Assembly (NCBI GenBank): GCA_963719225.1 | Contig: CAVRAY010000001.1 | Location: 2,752,001 to 2,816,000, forward strand | Direction: 5' to 3' | DNA: 64,000 bases | DNA from: Thermoanaerobaculia bacterium | GTDB lineage: Bacteria; Acidobacteriota; Thermoanaerobaculia; UBA5066 | Shown here: one piece after another, positions 19,844 to 29,455 of the stretch | How the letters are laid out: the number at the start of each line of letters is the position of its first letter | Numbering within the stretch: the stretch's first letter is position 1 | The notes under the pieces: generated by a model | The model's database searches: none | What the model was told of the DNA's origin: nothing | The model's input: only the letters and a program-made list of their open reading frames with translations | Made by a program: the position numbers and the translations under genes

Positions 19844-19903
19844 CTACTACTGTCGGAAAATTACGAACTCAACTCACTATTACTGTCGGAGAATTGCGAA
19901 CTC
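19844..19903. repeat. 27-bp tandem direct repeat (33-bp period)
   Basis: CTACTACTGTCGGAAAATTACGAACTC versus CTATTACTGTCGGAGAATTGCGAACTC (3 mismatches). Confidence 0.8.
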
Positions 19904-19990
19904 CAGGCTGGCGACTCGAGGCTTCAGCTTAAGCCTCCCCCAGCCAGCCCATCCGCTCAAGACTCGACAAGCCGGAGATCAGGTCGAAGG

Positions 19991-21916
19991 CTACGCCGAC
20001 CGCGTCGCGATCGGCACGACCTCGCCTTTCGCGCCGAAATGCCCGCGGAACGAGGCGAGGAGACCCTCCTCGTCCAGACCGAGCTCCTGGCGCTGCTCCG
20101 CCTGGGTCGCGTGCGCGACGAATCTGTCGGGAATGCCGAGCCTCTTCACGTCTGCCACGACGCCGATCTCCTCGAGGGCCTCGACCACGGCCGAGCCGAA
20201 CCCGCCCGCGAGCTGGTTCTCCTCGACCGTCAGGACCTTCGTCCTGCTCTTCACGAATTGCGCGAGGAGCTCGAGGTCGAGAGGCTTCACCCACCGGGCG
20301 TTCACGACGGTGAGCGAGGGCCCGCCTTTTTCCGCGAGGCGCTCGGCGGCCTTCCACGCGGGCACGACGGGATCGCCGATCGCGAAGACGACGCCGTCCT
20401 TTCCGACGCGCAGGACCTCGCCTTTTCCCACGGGGAGGATCCTGAGCTCGGGATCCATCGCGACGCCGTAGCCCGCCCCGCGGGGATATCGAATCGCCGT
20501 CGGATGAGACGAGGCGAGCGCCGTCGCGAGGAGATGCCGCAACTCGTTCTCGTCCTTCGGCGCGCAGACCTGCACGTTCGGGAAGACGCGTAGGTACGTC
20601 AGATCGAAGACGCCGTGGTGCGTCGGACCGTCCGCGCCGACGACTCCGGCCCGGTCGAGCGCGAAAACCACCGGCAGGTCCATGAGGCAGACGTCGTGCA
20701 TGATCTGGTCGTAGGCGCGCTGAAGGAACGTGGAGTAGATCGCGCACACGGGCCGGAAACCCTGCGTCGCGAGGCCCGCCGCGAAGAGCACGGCGTGCTG
20801 CTCGCAGATTCCCACGTCGAAGGCGCGGACGGGAAACCTCTTCGCGAAGCGGTCGATGCCCGTGCCCTCCGCCATCGCCGCCGTGACGCCGACGACGCGC
20901 GGGTCCTTTTCGGCGAGTTCCGAGAGAGCGTCCGCGAAGACGGCGGTATAGCTCGGCGACGCGGCCTTCTTCGAGATCTCGCCCGTGTCGACCTGAAACG
21001 GCGCCGGGCCATGCCAGTAGACCGGGTCCTTCTCGGCGAGCTGGTAGCCCTTGCCCTTCACGGTGCGCACGTGGAGGAGGACGGGCCCTTCGATCTGCTT
21101 CGTCTCCTTTAGCGTGCGCACCAGGACCGGAAGGTTGTGGCCGTCGATCGGGCCCACGTACCGGAAGCCCAGCTCCTCGAAGAGCGTGCCGGGCACGAGG
21201 GCCTTCTTGAAGCCGTCCTCCAGTGCCTCCGCGAGACCCGCGAGCTTCTGGCCGGCCGGGAGCTTCTTCAGGATGTGCGCGACGTCCTCGCGCACGCGCT
21301 GGTAGATCTGCCCGCGCGCGATCCGGAGGAGGTAGCCCGACATGGCGCCGACGTTCGGCGAGATCGACATGTCGTTGTCGTTCAGGATCACGAGGAGCCG
21401 GCTCTTGAGATAACCGGCCTGGTTGAGGCCCTCCATCGCGACGCCGCCGGTGAGGCCGCCGTCGCCCACGATCGCGACGACTTCCCTTTTCTCGCCGCGG
21501 AGGTCCCGCGCGATCGCCATCCCGAGAGCCGCCGAGATCGCCGTCGACGCGTGCGCGGCGCCGAACACGTCGTACTCGGATTCGGAGCGGTTCGTGAAGC
21601 CCGAGAGGCCGCCGGCCTGGCGGATCGTCTTGAGGCGGTCGCGCCGGCCCGTGAGCACCTTGTGCGGATACGTCTGGTGGCCGACGTCCCACACGAGGAG
21701 GTCGTTCGGCGTGTCGAAGACGTAGTGGAGCGCGACCGTCAGCTCGACCGCGCCGAGGCCGGACGCGAAGTGTCCGCCCGTCTTGGCGACGGTGTCGATG
21801 ACGAACGTGCGGAGCTCCTCCGCGAGCTGCGGCAGCTGGTCGGGCGTCAGCATGCGCAGGTCGCGCGGCCAAGTGACCTTGTCGAGGAGAGGGGTCGGAC
21901 GATGAAAGGGGCTCAT
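19991..21916 (-). CDS. dxs: 1-deoxy-D-xylulose-5-phosphate synthase
   Basis: GGHFASGLGAVELT, WDVGHQTYPHK, GDGGLTGG, LNDNDMSISPNVG, YSTFLQRAYDQ, DGPTHHG. Confidence 0.97.
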   Translation of the reverse strand: MSPFHRPTPLLDKVTWPRDLRMLTPDQLPQLAEELRTFVIDTVAKTGGHFASGLGAVELTVALHYVFDTPNDLLVWDVGHQTYPHKVLTGRRDRLKTIRQAGGLSGFTNRSESEYDVFGAAHASTAISAALGMAIARDLRGEKREVVAIVGDGGLTGGVAMEGLNQAGYLKSRLLVILNDNDMSISPNVGAMSGYLLRIARGQIYQRVREDVAHILKKLPAGQKLAGLAEALEDGFKKALVPGTLFEELGFRYVGPIDGHNLPVLVRTLKETKQIEGPVLLHVRTVKGKGYQLAEKDPVYWHGPAPFQVDTGEISKKAASPSYTAVFADALSELAEKDPRVVGVTAAMAEGTGIDRFAKRFPVRAFDVGICEQHAVLFAAGLATQGFRPVCAIYSTFLQRAYDQIMHDVCLMDLPVVFALDRAGVVGADGPTHHGVFDLTYLRVFPNVQVCAPKDENELRHLLATALASSHPTAIRYPRGAGYGVAMDPELRILPVGKGEVLRVGKDGVVFAIGDPVVPAWKAAERLAEKGGPSLTVVNARWVKPLDLELLAQFVKSRTKVLTVEENQLAGGFGSAVVEALEEIGVVADVKRLGIPDRFVAHATQAEQRQELGLDEEGLLASFRGHFGAKGEVVPIATRSA

Positions 21917-21950
21917 GCGTGGCACTCCAGGTCGGATATTCTGCCATTGC

Positions 21951-23426
21951 GTGCACGATTCCCTTGTCTCCGCGTTCGAATCTGCGCGCGGGCATCGGAC
22001 GTCGCGGATCCGAAGAGTGGCCTGGCTCGTTCTCGCCATCACGATTGTCCTCAAGACCGCTCTCCTCGTCACGCTGGAGCGGCGGCACCCCGAAGCTTTC
22101 CGGTGGGTCGACAGCGAGACCTATCTCGAGCCCGCCCGCGCGCTCGCGCGCTTCGGGACATACGCCGCTGGCCCGGACCGGCTCGCGACACCGGAGGTTG
22201 TCCGGACACCGGGATACCCGTTGATCGCGGCGATGCTCTTCCGAGTGTTCGCAGAGAAGGTCATCCTGCTTTCGCTCTTCGGTCTTGCCGTCTCGACGGG
22301 TTCCATCGTCGTCATCCTGACGCGATTTCAAGCCGCTCTCGGCGACCGCGCCTCGGCTCTCGCGGCAATCCTCCTCGCGCTGGACCCCGGCTCGTTCTGC
22401 AGGTCGCTCGAGGTCTTGTCCGAGACGACCTTCGCTTTCCTTCTCGTCGTGGGACTCTCATTCGTCGCGAAGCCGGATCGTCGAGCAGGTCTCTCCGTGG
22501 CGGCGGCGGGAAGTGCGGGCCTGTGCTTTTCGCTCGCGACGCTCGTCCGGCCGATCCTCGCGTGGTTTCTTCCGATCGCCGTGCTGCTCTTTTTCTGGAC
22601 CGAACGCCCCCGAAGACGGCAGTGGCCGGTCGTCGCGACGTTCGCCTTCCTCGCGCTCGCCCCGCCATTCCTCTGGATGGTGCGTAACGCGCGCCTGGGC
22701 GGTCGGCTCGTCCTCGCGCCCGTCGTGGGCCACCAGCTCCTGCATCGCCGGGCCGCGGCCGTGCTCGCCCTGACCGAGAAGCGGCGTCTCTCAGCCGTCC
22801 AGGAAGAGCTCGGGATGCGCGAGGCTTTTTTTCGCTTTCGCGGCCCATCCGCCGAGCGCGAGCTCTTTGGCGCGGCCGGCTACCGGGCGACTCATCCCCG
22901 GACGAGAGACCTTTCGATCTGGGAGCTCGACCGCCTCTGGTCCGCCCAGGCCACGGACATCTTTCGCCGACATCCGCTCGCCACGTCGTGGGTGATGGCG
23001 CGGAGCTCGCTGCTGGTCGTCGCGATCCCGCCTTCGCTTCTCCTGTCGGACCGGTACGGCCTCGTCGACCCTTCAGATGCGCTCGGCAGCGCGTGGGAAG
23101 ATCAGGATTGGCTCGCCGTCCTTCGCATCGGAATTCGCGAGGAGCCCGCGCTCGCTCTCGTCTCTCTGTTCCTGTTTCTCGCCCTTGTGCTCCAGGCCCT
23201 CCTCGCGGGCCGCGGGGCATTCCTGCTGGCGGGGCGGAGGACGCTCTTCGGCCTCCTTTGCGTCACGGCCTGCGGCTACCTGATTCTCGCGTCGGCCAGC
23301 ACCGATGCGTCCGACGACCGCTATCGGGTCGCCGTCGCACCGCTCCTGGCCGCTCTCTGCGCGGTCGGTGTGTCCAGGCGAGAGGTGCAGGATATCCCCC
23401 CACACTCGCGCCAGATGAGCGGATGA
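21951..23426 (+). CDS. Polytopic membrane protein, GT-C (ArnT/PMT-like) glycosyltransferase
   Basis: DSETY loop after TM1, RTPGYP, LSETTF, ATLVRP, PFLWMVRN, DRYR motifs; start uncertain. Confidence 0.7.
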   Translation: MHDSLVSAFESARGHRTSRIRRVAWLVLAITIVLKTALLVTLERRHPEAFRWVDSETYLEPARALARFGTYAAGPDRLATPEVVRTPGYPLIAAMLFRVFAEKVILLSLFGLAVSTGSIVVILTRFQAALGDRASALAAILLALDPGSFCRSLEVLSETTFAFLLVVGLSFVAKPDRRAGLSVAAAGSAGLCFSLATLVRPILAWFLPIAVLLFFWTERPRRRQWPVVATFAFLALAPPFLWMVRNARLGGRLVLAPVVGHQLLHRRAAAVLALTEKRRLSAVQEELGMREAFFRFRGPSAERELFGAAGYRATHPRTRDLSIWELDRLWSAQATDIFRRHPLATSWVMARSSLLVVAIPPSLLLSDRYGLVDPSDALGSAWEDQDWLAVLRIGIREEPALALVSLFLFLALVLQALLAGRGAFLLAGRRTLFGLLCVTACGYLILASASTDASDDRYRVAVAPLLAALCAVGVSRREVQDIPPHSRQMSG

Positions 23427-23427
23427 G

Positions 23428-24858
23428 ATGAAGAGCCTTGAACCGAGATCCCGCCCCTCTTCCAGAAAACGTGCCGCGGCCTTGCAGGTCCTGATCCTCG
23501 GAATCTTCGCCGCTCTCGTCTTCCTTCTCGCGTTCCGCCACGAGCCCTGGCGTGATGAAGCCGATTCCTGGCTGCTGGTGCGGGACGCTGGGCCGCTGGA
23601 GATCCTCCACCGGCTTGCTTACAAGGGCACGCCCGGACTCTGGTACGTGATTCTCTTTCCCTTCGCGAAATTCGGCCTTCCCGTCGAGGCGATGCAAGCT
23701 GTTCACGCCGCCCTCGCCGTTGCCGCGGCCGGCCTGCTGCTGTTTCGCGCGCCGTTCCCGCTCCTTCTTCGCGCCTCGTTCCTCTTCGGATACTACCTAT
23801 CGTACGAGTACGCCGTCGTCGCGCGCAGCTACGTGCTCGATGCCCTTCTGCTATTCACGCTCGCGTCTCTCCGGGATCCAGCAAAACGACCTGTCGCCTT
23901 CGGCGCCGCCCTTGTACTCCTCGCGAACGCTAACGTGCATGGGTTCCTTCTTGCTGGAGTTCTCGTCGTCGTCCTTTTCGACCGCCTGCCGCTTCCAACC
24001 CGCGCCATTGCCGCCGCCGGCCTCCTGGCCGCGCTCTGGCAGCTCTGGCCGCCCGCAGACGGACAGTTCACGCGAGCGGTGATCGGCTTCCGCGGGCGCC
24101 TCGCGCTCGACGCCCTCTCGCGCGCCTTCTTCCCGCTCGACGTGGAGCCCGTACGCGTCGCGGCCGCGGCGCTCCTGTGCGCGTTCGCGGCCTATTTCCT
24201 CGCTCGTCGCCCGAGAGCGCTCCTCCTTCTCGCGGGGGGATGGCTTGCGCTTCTCGCTCTCTTCACGGTTGTCCGCGGCGGTTCGGCCCGGTACGACGGC
24301 CTCCTGTGGATATGGTTGATCTTCGTCGCGTGGATCACCGATGGCACGCCGTCGCCGCTCGACGAACGGAGTCGTCGGTTCTTCCACGCGGCGCTCGGCG
24401 TGGCGGCCATCGTGTCGTTCGTCGCCGCCGCGCGGATCTGGATCCTCGAATGGAATCTTCCGTTCTCTGAGGCGCGCGAGATGGCGCGCGAGCTGACCCG
24501 TCGAGGTCTCGAGTCGACGCCCATCGCCGCGCACCCTGCCCCGCTCGCTGAAGCCGTGCTGGCGAATCTTCCCGCACGGAGATTCTGGTACCCGGGAATC
24601 GGAGAAGAGGGGTCGTTCATGAAATGGGATGTGGCATACCTAAGGGGACTCGACTTGACGACTGCGGAAGCTCTCGCCCGGGTCAGGCGACGTAACCCTT
24701 ACGGCACCCCCCCGCTCTTCCTGGCCAGCGAGCCTCTCGAGGAGCCGGGCCAAGAGGGCTACCGTCTGGCTTATGCGACCGAAGGTCGAGCTTTCGCGAA
24801 GCCGGATGAGAGGTACTACCTGTACGTTCCCGTCGACGGCTCACCTCGAAGCCCCTAG
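23428..24858 (+). CDS. Polytopic membrane protein, putative GT-C glycosyltransferase
   Basis: HEPWRDEADSWL after TM1, GTPGLWY, YEYAVVARSY; many TM segments. Confidence 0.65.
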   Translation: MKSLEPRSRPSSRKRAAALQVLILGIFAALVFLLAFRHEPWRDEADSWLLVRDAGPLEILHRLAYKGTPGLWYVILFPFAKFGLPVEAMQAVHAALAVAAAGLLLFRAPFPLLLRASFLFGYYLSYEYAVVARSYVLDALLLFTLASLRDPAKRPVAFGAALVLLANANVHGFLLAGVLVVVLFDRLPLPTRAIAAAGLLAALWQLWPPADGQFTRAVIGFRGRLALDALSRAFFPLDVEPVRVAAAALLCAFAAYFLARRPRALLLLAGGWLALLALFTVVRGGSARYDGLLWIWLIFVAWITDGTPSPLDERSRRFFHAALGVAAIVSFVAAARIWILEWNLPFSEAREMARELTRRGLESTPIAAHPAPLAEAVLANLPARRFWYPGIGEEGSFMKWDVAYLRGLDLTTAEALARVRRRNPYGTPPLFLASEPLEEPGQEGYRLAYATEGRAFAKPDERYYLYVPVDGSPRSP

Positions 24859-24951
24859 TTCCTCAGCACCGTCACCTTTCCGGTCTCGGCCGAGGGCGCT
24901 AGACACGCGGGAAACCGGTCGTTCCGCATACCGCGGAGTTAAGGTGGTGGT

Positions 24952-26598
24952 GTGCCAAAGGACGAGAGGTTTTTGAGGAGCCTCCATGGCCTCACTGACC
25001 GATCACCGATCGCAGCGAGGGCATTCCTCTTCTTTGCGATCGCTTTGAGCGCCTGGCGCTTCTACCGCATTCGTAACTATCTAGAGTTCCCCGACGAATC
25101 GGTCGAAATGACGACTGGCTGGCTTGTGAGCGAAGGCGAGACGCTCTACTCGAGCGTCTTCTCACACCACATGCCGCTCGTGACCTTGGCCTGCCAGCTC
25201 GTTTCGGTCGTTTCCCCCTCCGCCCATCCCGCGCACTTTCGGGCTGCACCCTGGGCAGCCTACGTCCTTCTCACGCTGGCCATCGCCTTCGGCCCGACCG
25301 GGCGGCGGAGCAATCTGGGCGGGCCGCTAGCAGCGGGGATCTTCCTTGTCGTCGTCTCGGCCGTGGCGCCTCTCATCTGGGGTCACATGGTCCTTAACGA
25401 CGTCTTCTGGGGGATCTCGTTCGCGACGTTCTTCGTCCTGTTCCCGATGGCACTGCTATTCGGCGACGATCCCAGCCCACGAGACGTTGCTCTTGCCGGC
25501 GCCGCCGCCGCTCTGGCCCTCGTGGGATCCCCACTGGCAATATTCCCTCTGCTCTTTTCCCTGGCGCTCGCAGTACTCACGACCCCGCCTGCGCGAGGCC
25601 TTTCAGAACTCGCGGCCTTTCTCGCCGGCATGGGAAGCGTTGCGGCATGCATGGCGGGTTGGCTTCTCCGATTCGGGAGCTTGACCGGCTTCGTCGAGGA
25701 AGTGTTCCGGTTCAACACGCGCATTTACGCTCGATTCGTCGCGGCTGAGAGCGGCTCGACCTCGCTCGTTCTTGAGAGCCTGCGGTCTTGGATGCTCTAC
25801 CTCGTTCACGCCGTACCAGACGCGATCCACAGTGAAACCGGCCCGCGCACCTGGCCGTCCTGGATCAGGATTTCGACGCCGATTGCGAGCACCTCACTCG
25901 ACGCACAGCTTCTCGCACCCACGATCATAGTGACGGTAATCGTGATCATCCTGGTGTTTCGTCGCGCGCACCTTGCAAGAGATCTGGCCCGAGCCGCGGC
26001 ACTCTCATCGCTAATCGTGCTGACGGTGCTTTCCCTCAGGATGCGCGGCGCCGGTTTTCGAGCCATTCCGCTGCATCTCACGATCGCGGCAGTCGGCGTC
26101 TTGCTGCCCGTGGCTCCGCGCTTGCGCTCAACCCGACTTATTGCCGTAGTCCTCGCGCTCGCGTTCGCACCAGCATTCGTGAAGGTGTCCCATCACAACT
26201 CTCTGCGCTTTCACGATGACGACAGGACAGCGGCGGAGGGCGCATGGACTAACGTCGCAAGGTACATTGCCCGGCACACGAGTCCGGACGAGCGGATCGC
26301 CGCGTTTCCCATGGGCGCGATCGTCTACATCGAGGCACGGCGGCGACCCGCGACAGATGCCCTCTTCTTTCTCCCCTGGCAGGCCGCCTGGGAGAACGAG
26401 AACCCGACCCGCCCGAACACGTGCACGCAACTGTATTCGCGCTCTCCGCGCTTCGTCGCGCTGCAGGAAATGGCGATCTGGAATGCCTATCCGTGGAAAG
26501 AATACGCGGGTTGCATCGATCGCTTCCTGAAAGCCAACTACGAACGGGTCGACGAGCCCGATCTCAAAGGGTTGCTTCTCAGGCGAAGGACGCCTTGA
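24952..26598 (+). CDS. Polytopic membrane protein, putative GT-C glycosyltransferase
   Basis: FPDE loop, GETLYSSVFSHHMP, many TMs, C-terminal YIARHTSPDERI soluble domain. Confidence 0.62.
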   Translation: MPKDERFLRSLHGLTDRSPIAARAFLFFAIALSAWRFYRIRNYLEFPDESVEMTTGWLVSEGETLYSSVFSHHMPLVTLACQLVSVVSPSAHPAHFRAAPWAAYVLLTLAIAFGPTGRRSNLGGPLAAGIFLVVVSAVAPLIWGHMVLNDVFWGISFATFFVLFPMALLFGDDPSPRDVALAGAAAALALVGSPLAIFPLLFSLALAVLTTPPARGLSELAAFLAGMGSVAACMAGWLLRFGSLTGFVEEVFRFNTRIYARFVAAESGSTSLVLESLRSWMLYLVHAVPDAIHSETGPRTWPSWIRISTPIASTSLDAQLLAPTIIVTVIVIILVFRRAHLARDLARAAALSSLIVLTVLSLRMRGAGFRAIPLHLTIAAVGVLLPVAPRLRSTRLIAVVLALAFAPAFVKVSHHNSLRFHDDDRTAAEGAWTNVARYIARHTSPDERIAAFPMGAIVYIEARRRPATDALFFLPWQAAWENENPTRPNTCTQLYSRSPRFVALQEMAIWNAYPWKEYAGCIDRFLKANYERVDEPDLKGLLLRRRTP

Positions 26599-26838
26599 CC
26601 TCGAATGGTAGTGCGGCCATTTCCTTTCTCACGCGTTTTGTCGAACGCTAATAGGACGTAAGAGCTGCACGTAACCCACGTCCCAATGGATCACGCTTCT
26701 CCCAAACGCCGTGGCTTTGTCATCTACCGAAGGGTTTCCCGAATCACTTGCACTCCTCGTCCGGAGGTAAACCACCGGTGTCTACATCTAGCGCCGCATC
26801 GGGTGAGCGTCGGTCACCCCGGAGCCTCATGGACACGC

Positions 26839-27984
26839 TCAGCGTGGGCCGCGCGGTCCGCCGGGCGCGTCCACGTACGCCGCGAGGGTCTTGGCGAAGA
26901 GCTCCGAGCCCTCGGAAGAGAAGTGAACGGGATCCAGGAAGTGCGCGTCGGTGAAGGCCCCCTCGCGAAACGGATCCAGGAACATGGCAAGCCCTTCGTC
27001 CCCGAGCTTCTTCGCGACGGCGTTGTAGCGGGCGAGACCCGCGAGATACCCCTTCGCCGTGAGTCCGGGTGTCCAGCCCTCCAGCCAGGCGAGATCCGTC
27101 TTCTCGAACCCGGCGCGCACGAGCGCGACCTGGGCCACGAGCAGCGTCCGCGCCCCGCGCGCGCTCGCGACGGCGATCGTGGAGCGCAGGTTGCGCTCGT
27201 AGACGGCGACGGCCTCGGCGGGGATGTCGTCGCGCCTCGGCCCGCCTTTCCATTCGTACGAGGGCGCATAGCCTTCGGCGGCCGGCATCGGGCCTTGTGA
27301 CTTCAGCCGGCCCCGCAACCACTCCACGAAGACGAGCCGGGAGACGAGACGCACGGGCACGGGGGCCACACCCGTCACCCGCGGAAGGAGCTCCGCATGC
27401 CCGACGGAGTAGTCGGCCGCGAACGGAACGTGTCCCGCAGGCTGAAGGTCGTTCACGCCCGAGTACACGACGACGAGGTCCGGCTGAAGATCGAGATCGC
27501 GAATCTCCAGCGACACGAGGCTCTCGAGGCTCGTCCAGCCGGAGAATCCCGCGTTCACGACGTCGGCGCGGGGACGGAGGAGCGTTCCGAGCCGCGCGGG
27601 CCAGGTCGCCGCGTCGTCCGGCGCGAGCAGGTCGAACGTCGTCGAGCCGCCCTCGCACACGACGCGATATGTGCCCACGGGCTTCGGCACCGGGACGTCG
27701 CGCACGTTCGTGACGCGCTGGCCGCGTGCGTTGAAATGCACGACGTGGCCCGCCGCTTCGAGAACGGCGTTCGGTCGGCCCACCACGATGAGCTGGGGAT
27801 GCGGCCGGTACGCCTTGCCGATCTTCTCCACGAACTTCGTGTACGCCTCGACCTGCGTCTCGGGCCAGGAGCCGGTCTTGACGCGAAGCGCGGCCCGGCA
27901 TCCCCCCTCGAGCACCACAAACAGCACCGCCGCGATCGCGAGCGGGACGAGGAGATTCGACGCGAGCGCGCGGAGCGGCTTCAC
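26839..27984 (-). CDS. SGNH/GDSL hydrolase family protein
   Basis: GGSTTF, VVNAGFSG, YSGVND and DPVHF blocks; N-terminal TM; GTG start at 27984. Confidence 0.88.
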   Translation of the reverse strand: MKPLRALASNLLVPLAIAAVLFVVLEGGCRAALRVKTGSWPETQVEAYTKFVEKIGKAYRPHPQLIVVGRPNAVLEAAGHVVHFNARGQRVTNVRDVPVPKPVGTYRVVCEGGSTTFDLLAPDDAATWPARLGTLLRPRADVVNAGFSGWTSLESLVSLEIRDLDLQPDLVVVYSGVNDLQPAGHVPFAADYSVGHAELLPRVTGVAPVPVRLVSRLVFVEWLRGRLKSQGPMPAAEGYAPSYEWKGGPRRDDIPAEAVAVYERNLRSTIAVASARGARTLLVAQVALVRAGFEKTDLAWLEGWTPGLTAKGYLAGLARYNAVAKKLGDEGLAMFLDPFREGAFTDAHFLDPVHFSSEGSELFAKTLAAYVDAPGGPRGPR

Positions 27985-28862
27985 GCGGCCTTCCTCGCGA
28001 CGACGCGGATCGCCAGAACCGAGAGCTCCTCGACGGGCAGCTTTCGGAACCGTGCCACGAACCGCTCGGGGCGAACGACGGAGGCGTCGAGGACGATGAC
28101 AGGCTCCATACTCTCGACCGCGAGACCCGCGCCTTCGAAGAGACCTTTCCACTCCGAGCTTCGCAGCCGGTTGCAGAAGACCTCGCCCGAAAACCCGCCG
28201 TCGAGGATCGTCCGGAGCGAGACCTCTCCATAGCGGGTCGCCCGACGCTCCCACACTTCGTCCTCGAGCTCGAGGAATTGGAGTGGATCTTCGGAGCCGT
28301 GATGCTTCAGGTCGATCTCGTGGACGGCCAGGCCGCCGGGCACGAGGACGCGAGCGATCTCGATCACCGTGCCCTCGGGGTTCGGGACGTGCTCGAGCGC
28401 CGCGACCGAGTAGACGAGATCGAAACTCCCGGAGGAAAACGGCAGCTCTTCCGACGACACGGCACTCCGGTAATCCACCGACGAAAGGAGGGTGGCGGCA
28501 GATGGAAACGACGACACCGACGGAAAGTCGACGCGCCCCGGCTGGGGCTCGGCGAAGGGCCGCCACCACGCAAAGCCCTCCACGGCGAGAAGGTAATCGC
28601 GGAGCGCTTCGTAGAACCCGTCCGACAGCGGCGGAAGCGGCGCCACGTCGACTCCCGCCGCGCGCGCACCCGAGGCCGCGAAGGCGAAGAGAGCTCCGAG
28701 GTTCGCGCCGGGGCCGATCTCGAGAACGGAACGCGGAAACGGGAGGCCATGGCGGCGCGCGAGGGCGTCCGTCTCGGCGAAGACGCGATGCGCGTAGAAA
28801 AGCGAGTCGTTTGCTTCCGCCCGCTCACGGACCGCCCGGACGAGCTCGGCGTCGAGCGTCAC
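27981..28862 (-). CDS. Class I SAM-dependent methyltransferase
   Basis: VLEIGPG, LPFSSGSFDLVYSVAALEHV, RVLVPGG. Confidence 0.85.
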   Translation of the reverse strand: MTLDAELVRAVRERAEANDSLFYAHRVFAETDALARRHGLPFPRSVLEIGPGANLGALFAFAASGARAAGVDVAPLPPLSDGFYEALRDYLLAVEGFAWWRPFAEPQPGRVDFPSVSSFPSAATLLSSVDYRSAVSSEELPFSSGSFDLVYSVAALEHVPNPEGTVIEIARVLVPGGLAVHEIDLKHHGSEDPLQFLELEDEVWERRATRYGEVSLRTILDGGFSGEVFCNRLRSSEWKGLFEGAGLAVESMEPVIVLDASVVRPERFVARFRKLPVEELSVLAIRVVARKAA

Positions 28863-29455
28863 GCCTTCGCCGCGAGGTGGCGCGAGCCCGGCGCGGCGAT
28901 CGGCTCGCCCCGCGCGCAGAGCGGGCAGGACGCGGGCTCCCACGCGGGAACCTCGAGCGCGAGGAGCGCGCGGAACGGAACGCCGTCGACGCCGGACGTC
29001 TTCTCGGACGCGGCCCTCCGGTCGACGATCGCCCCGCACACGACCGGCTCGGCGCCGGAGCCGCGAAGCACGGCGAGGACCTCGCGCGTGGACTTCCCCG
29101 TCGTCACGACGTCCTCGACGACCGCCACACGCTCGCCGGCCTCGAGGGCGAACCCGCGCCGGAGCGCGAAGACTCCCTCCACGCGCTCCGTGAAGATCGC
29201 GCGAACCGAGAGGCCGCGGCCCGTCTCGTGGCCGATGATCACGCCTCCCATGGCGGGCGAGACGACGACGGACGGGTGGAACGGGGCGAGCAGCGACGCG
29301 AGCCCAGCGCCGAGCGCGCCCGCGCGGTCGGGCCATTGGAGCACTTTCGCGCACTGCAGATACGCCTCGGAGTGGAGCCCGGACGAGAGCTTGAAGTGGC
29401 CGTGGAGGAGCGCCCCGGCTTCCGAGAAATGGCGGCGAACCTCGTCCTCGGTCAC
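28859..29455 (-). CDS. pyrE: Orotate phosphoribosyltransferase
   Basis: GHFKLSSGLHS, YLQCA, VVEDVVTTGKS PRPP-binding motif. Confidence 0.95.
   Translation of the reverse strand: MTEDEVRRHFSEAGALLHGHFKLSSGLHSEAYLQCAKVLQWPDRAGALGAGLASLLAPFHPSVVVSPAMGGVIIGHETGRGLSVRAIFTERVEGVFALRRGFALEAGERVAVVEDVVTTGKSTREVLAVLRGSGAEPVVCGAIVDRRAASEKTSGVDGVPFRALLALEVPAWEPASCPLCARGEPIAAPGSRHLAAKA

Noticed and set aside
19844-19903. Possible mini-CRISPR
   Set aside because: Only two repeats, a 6-bp gap and no cas genes.
26599-26838. 240-bp convergent intergenic region with short hairpins and two ACGTAA copies
   Set aside because: The stems are short, the 13-bp period differs from the 11-bp imuA/dnaE2 operator, and no ncRNA family was recognisable.
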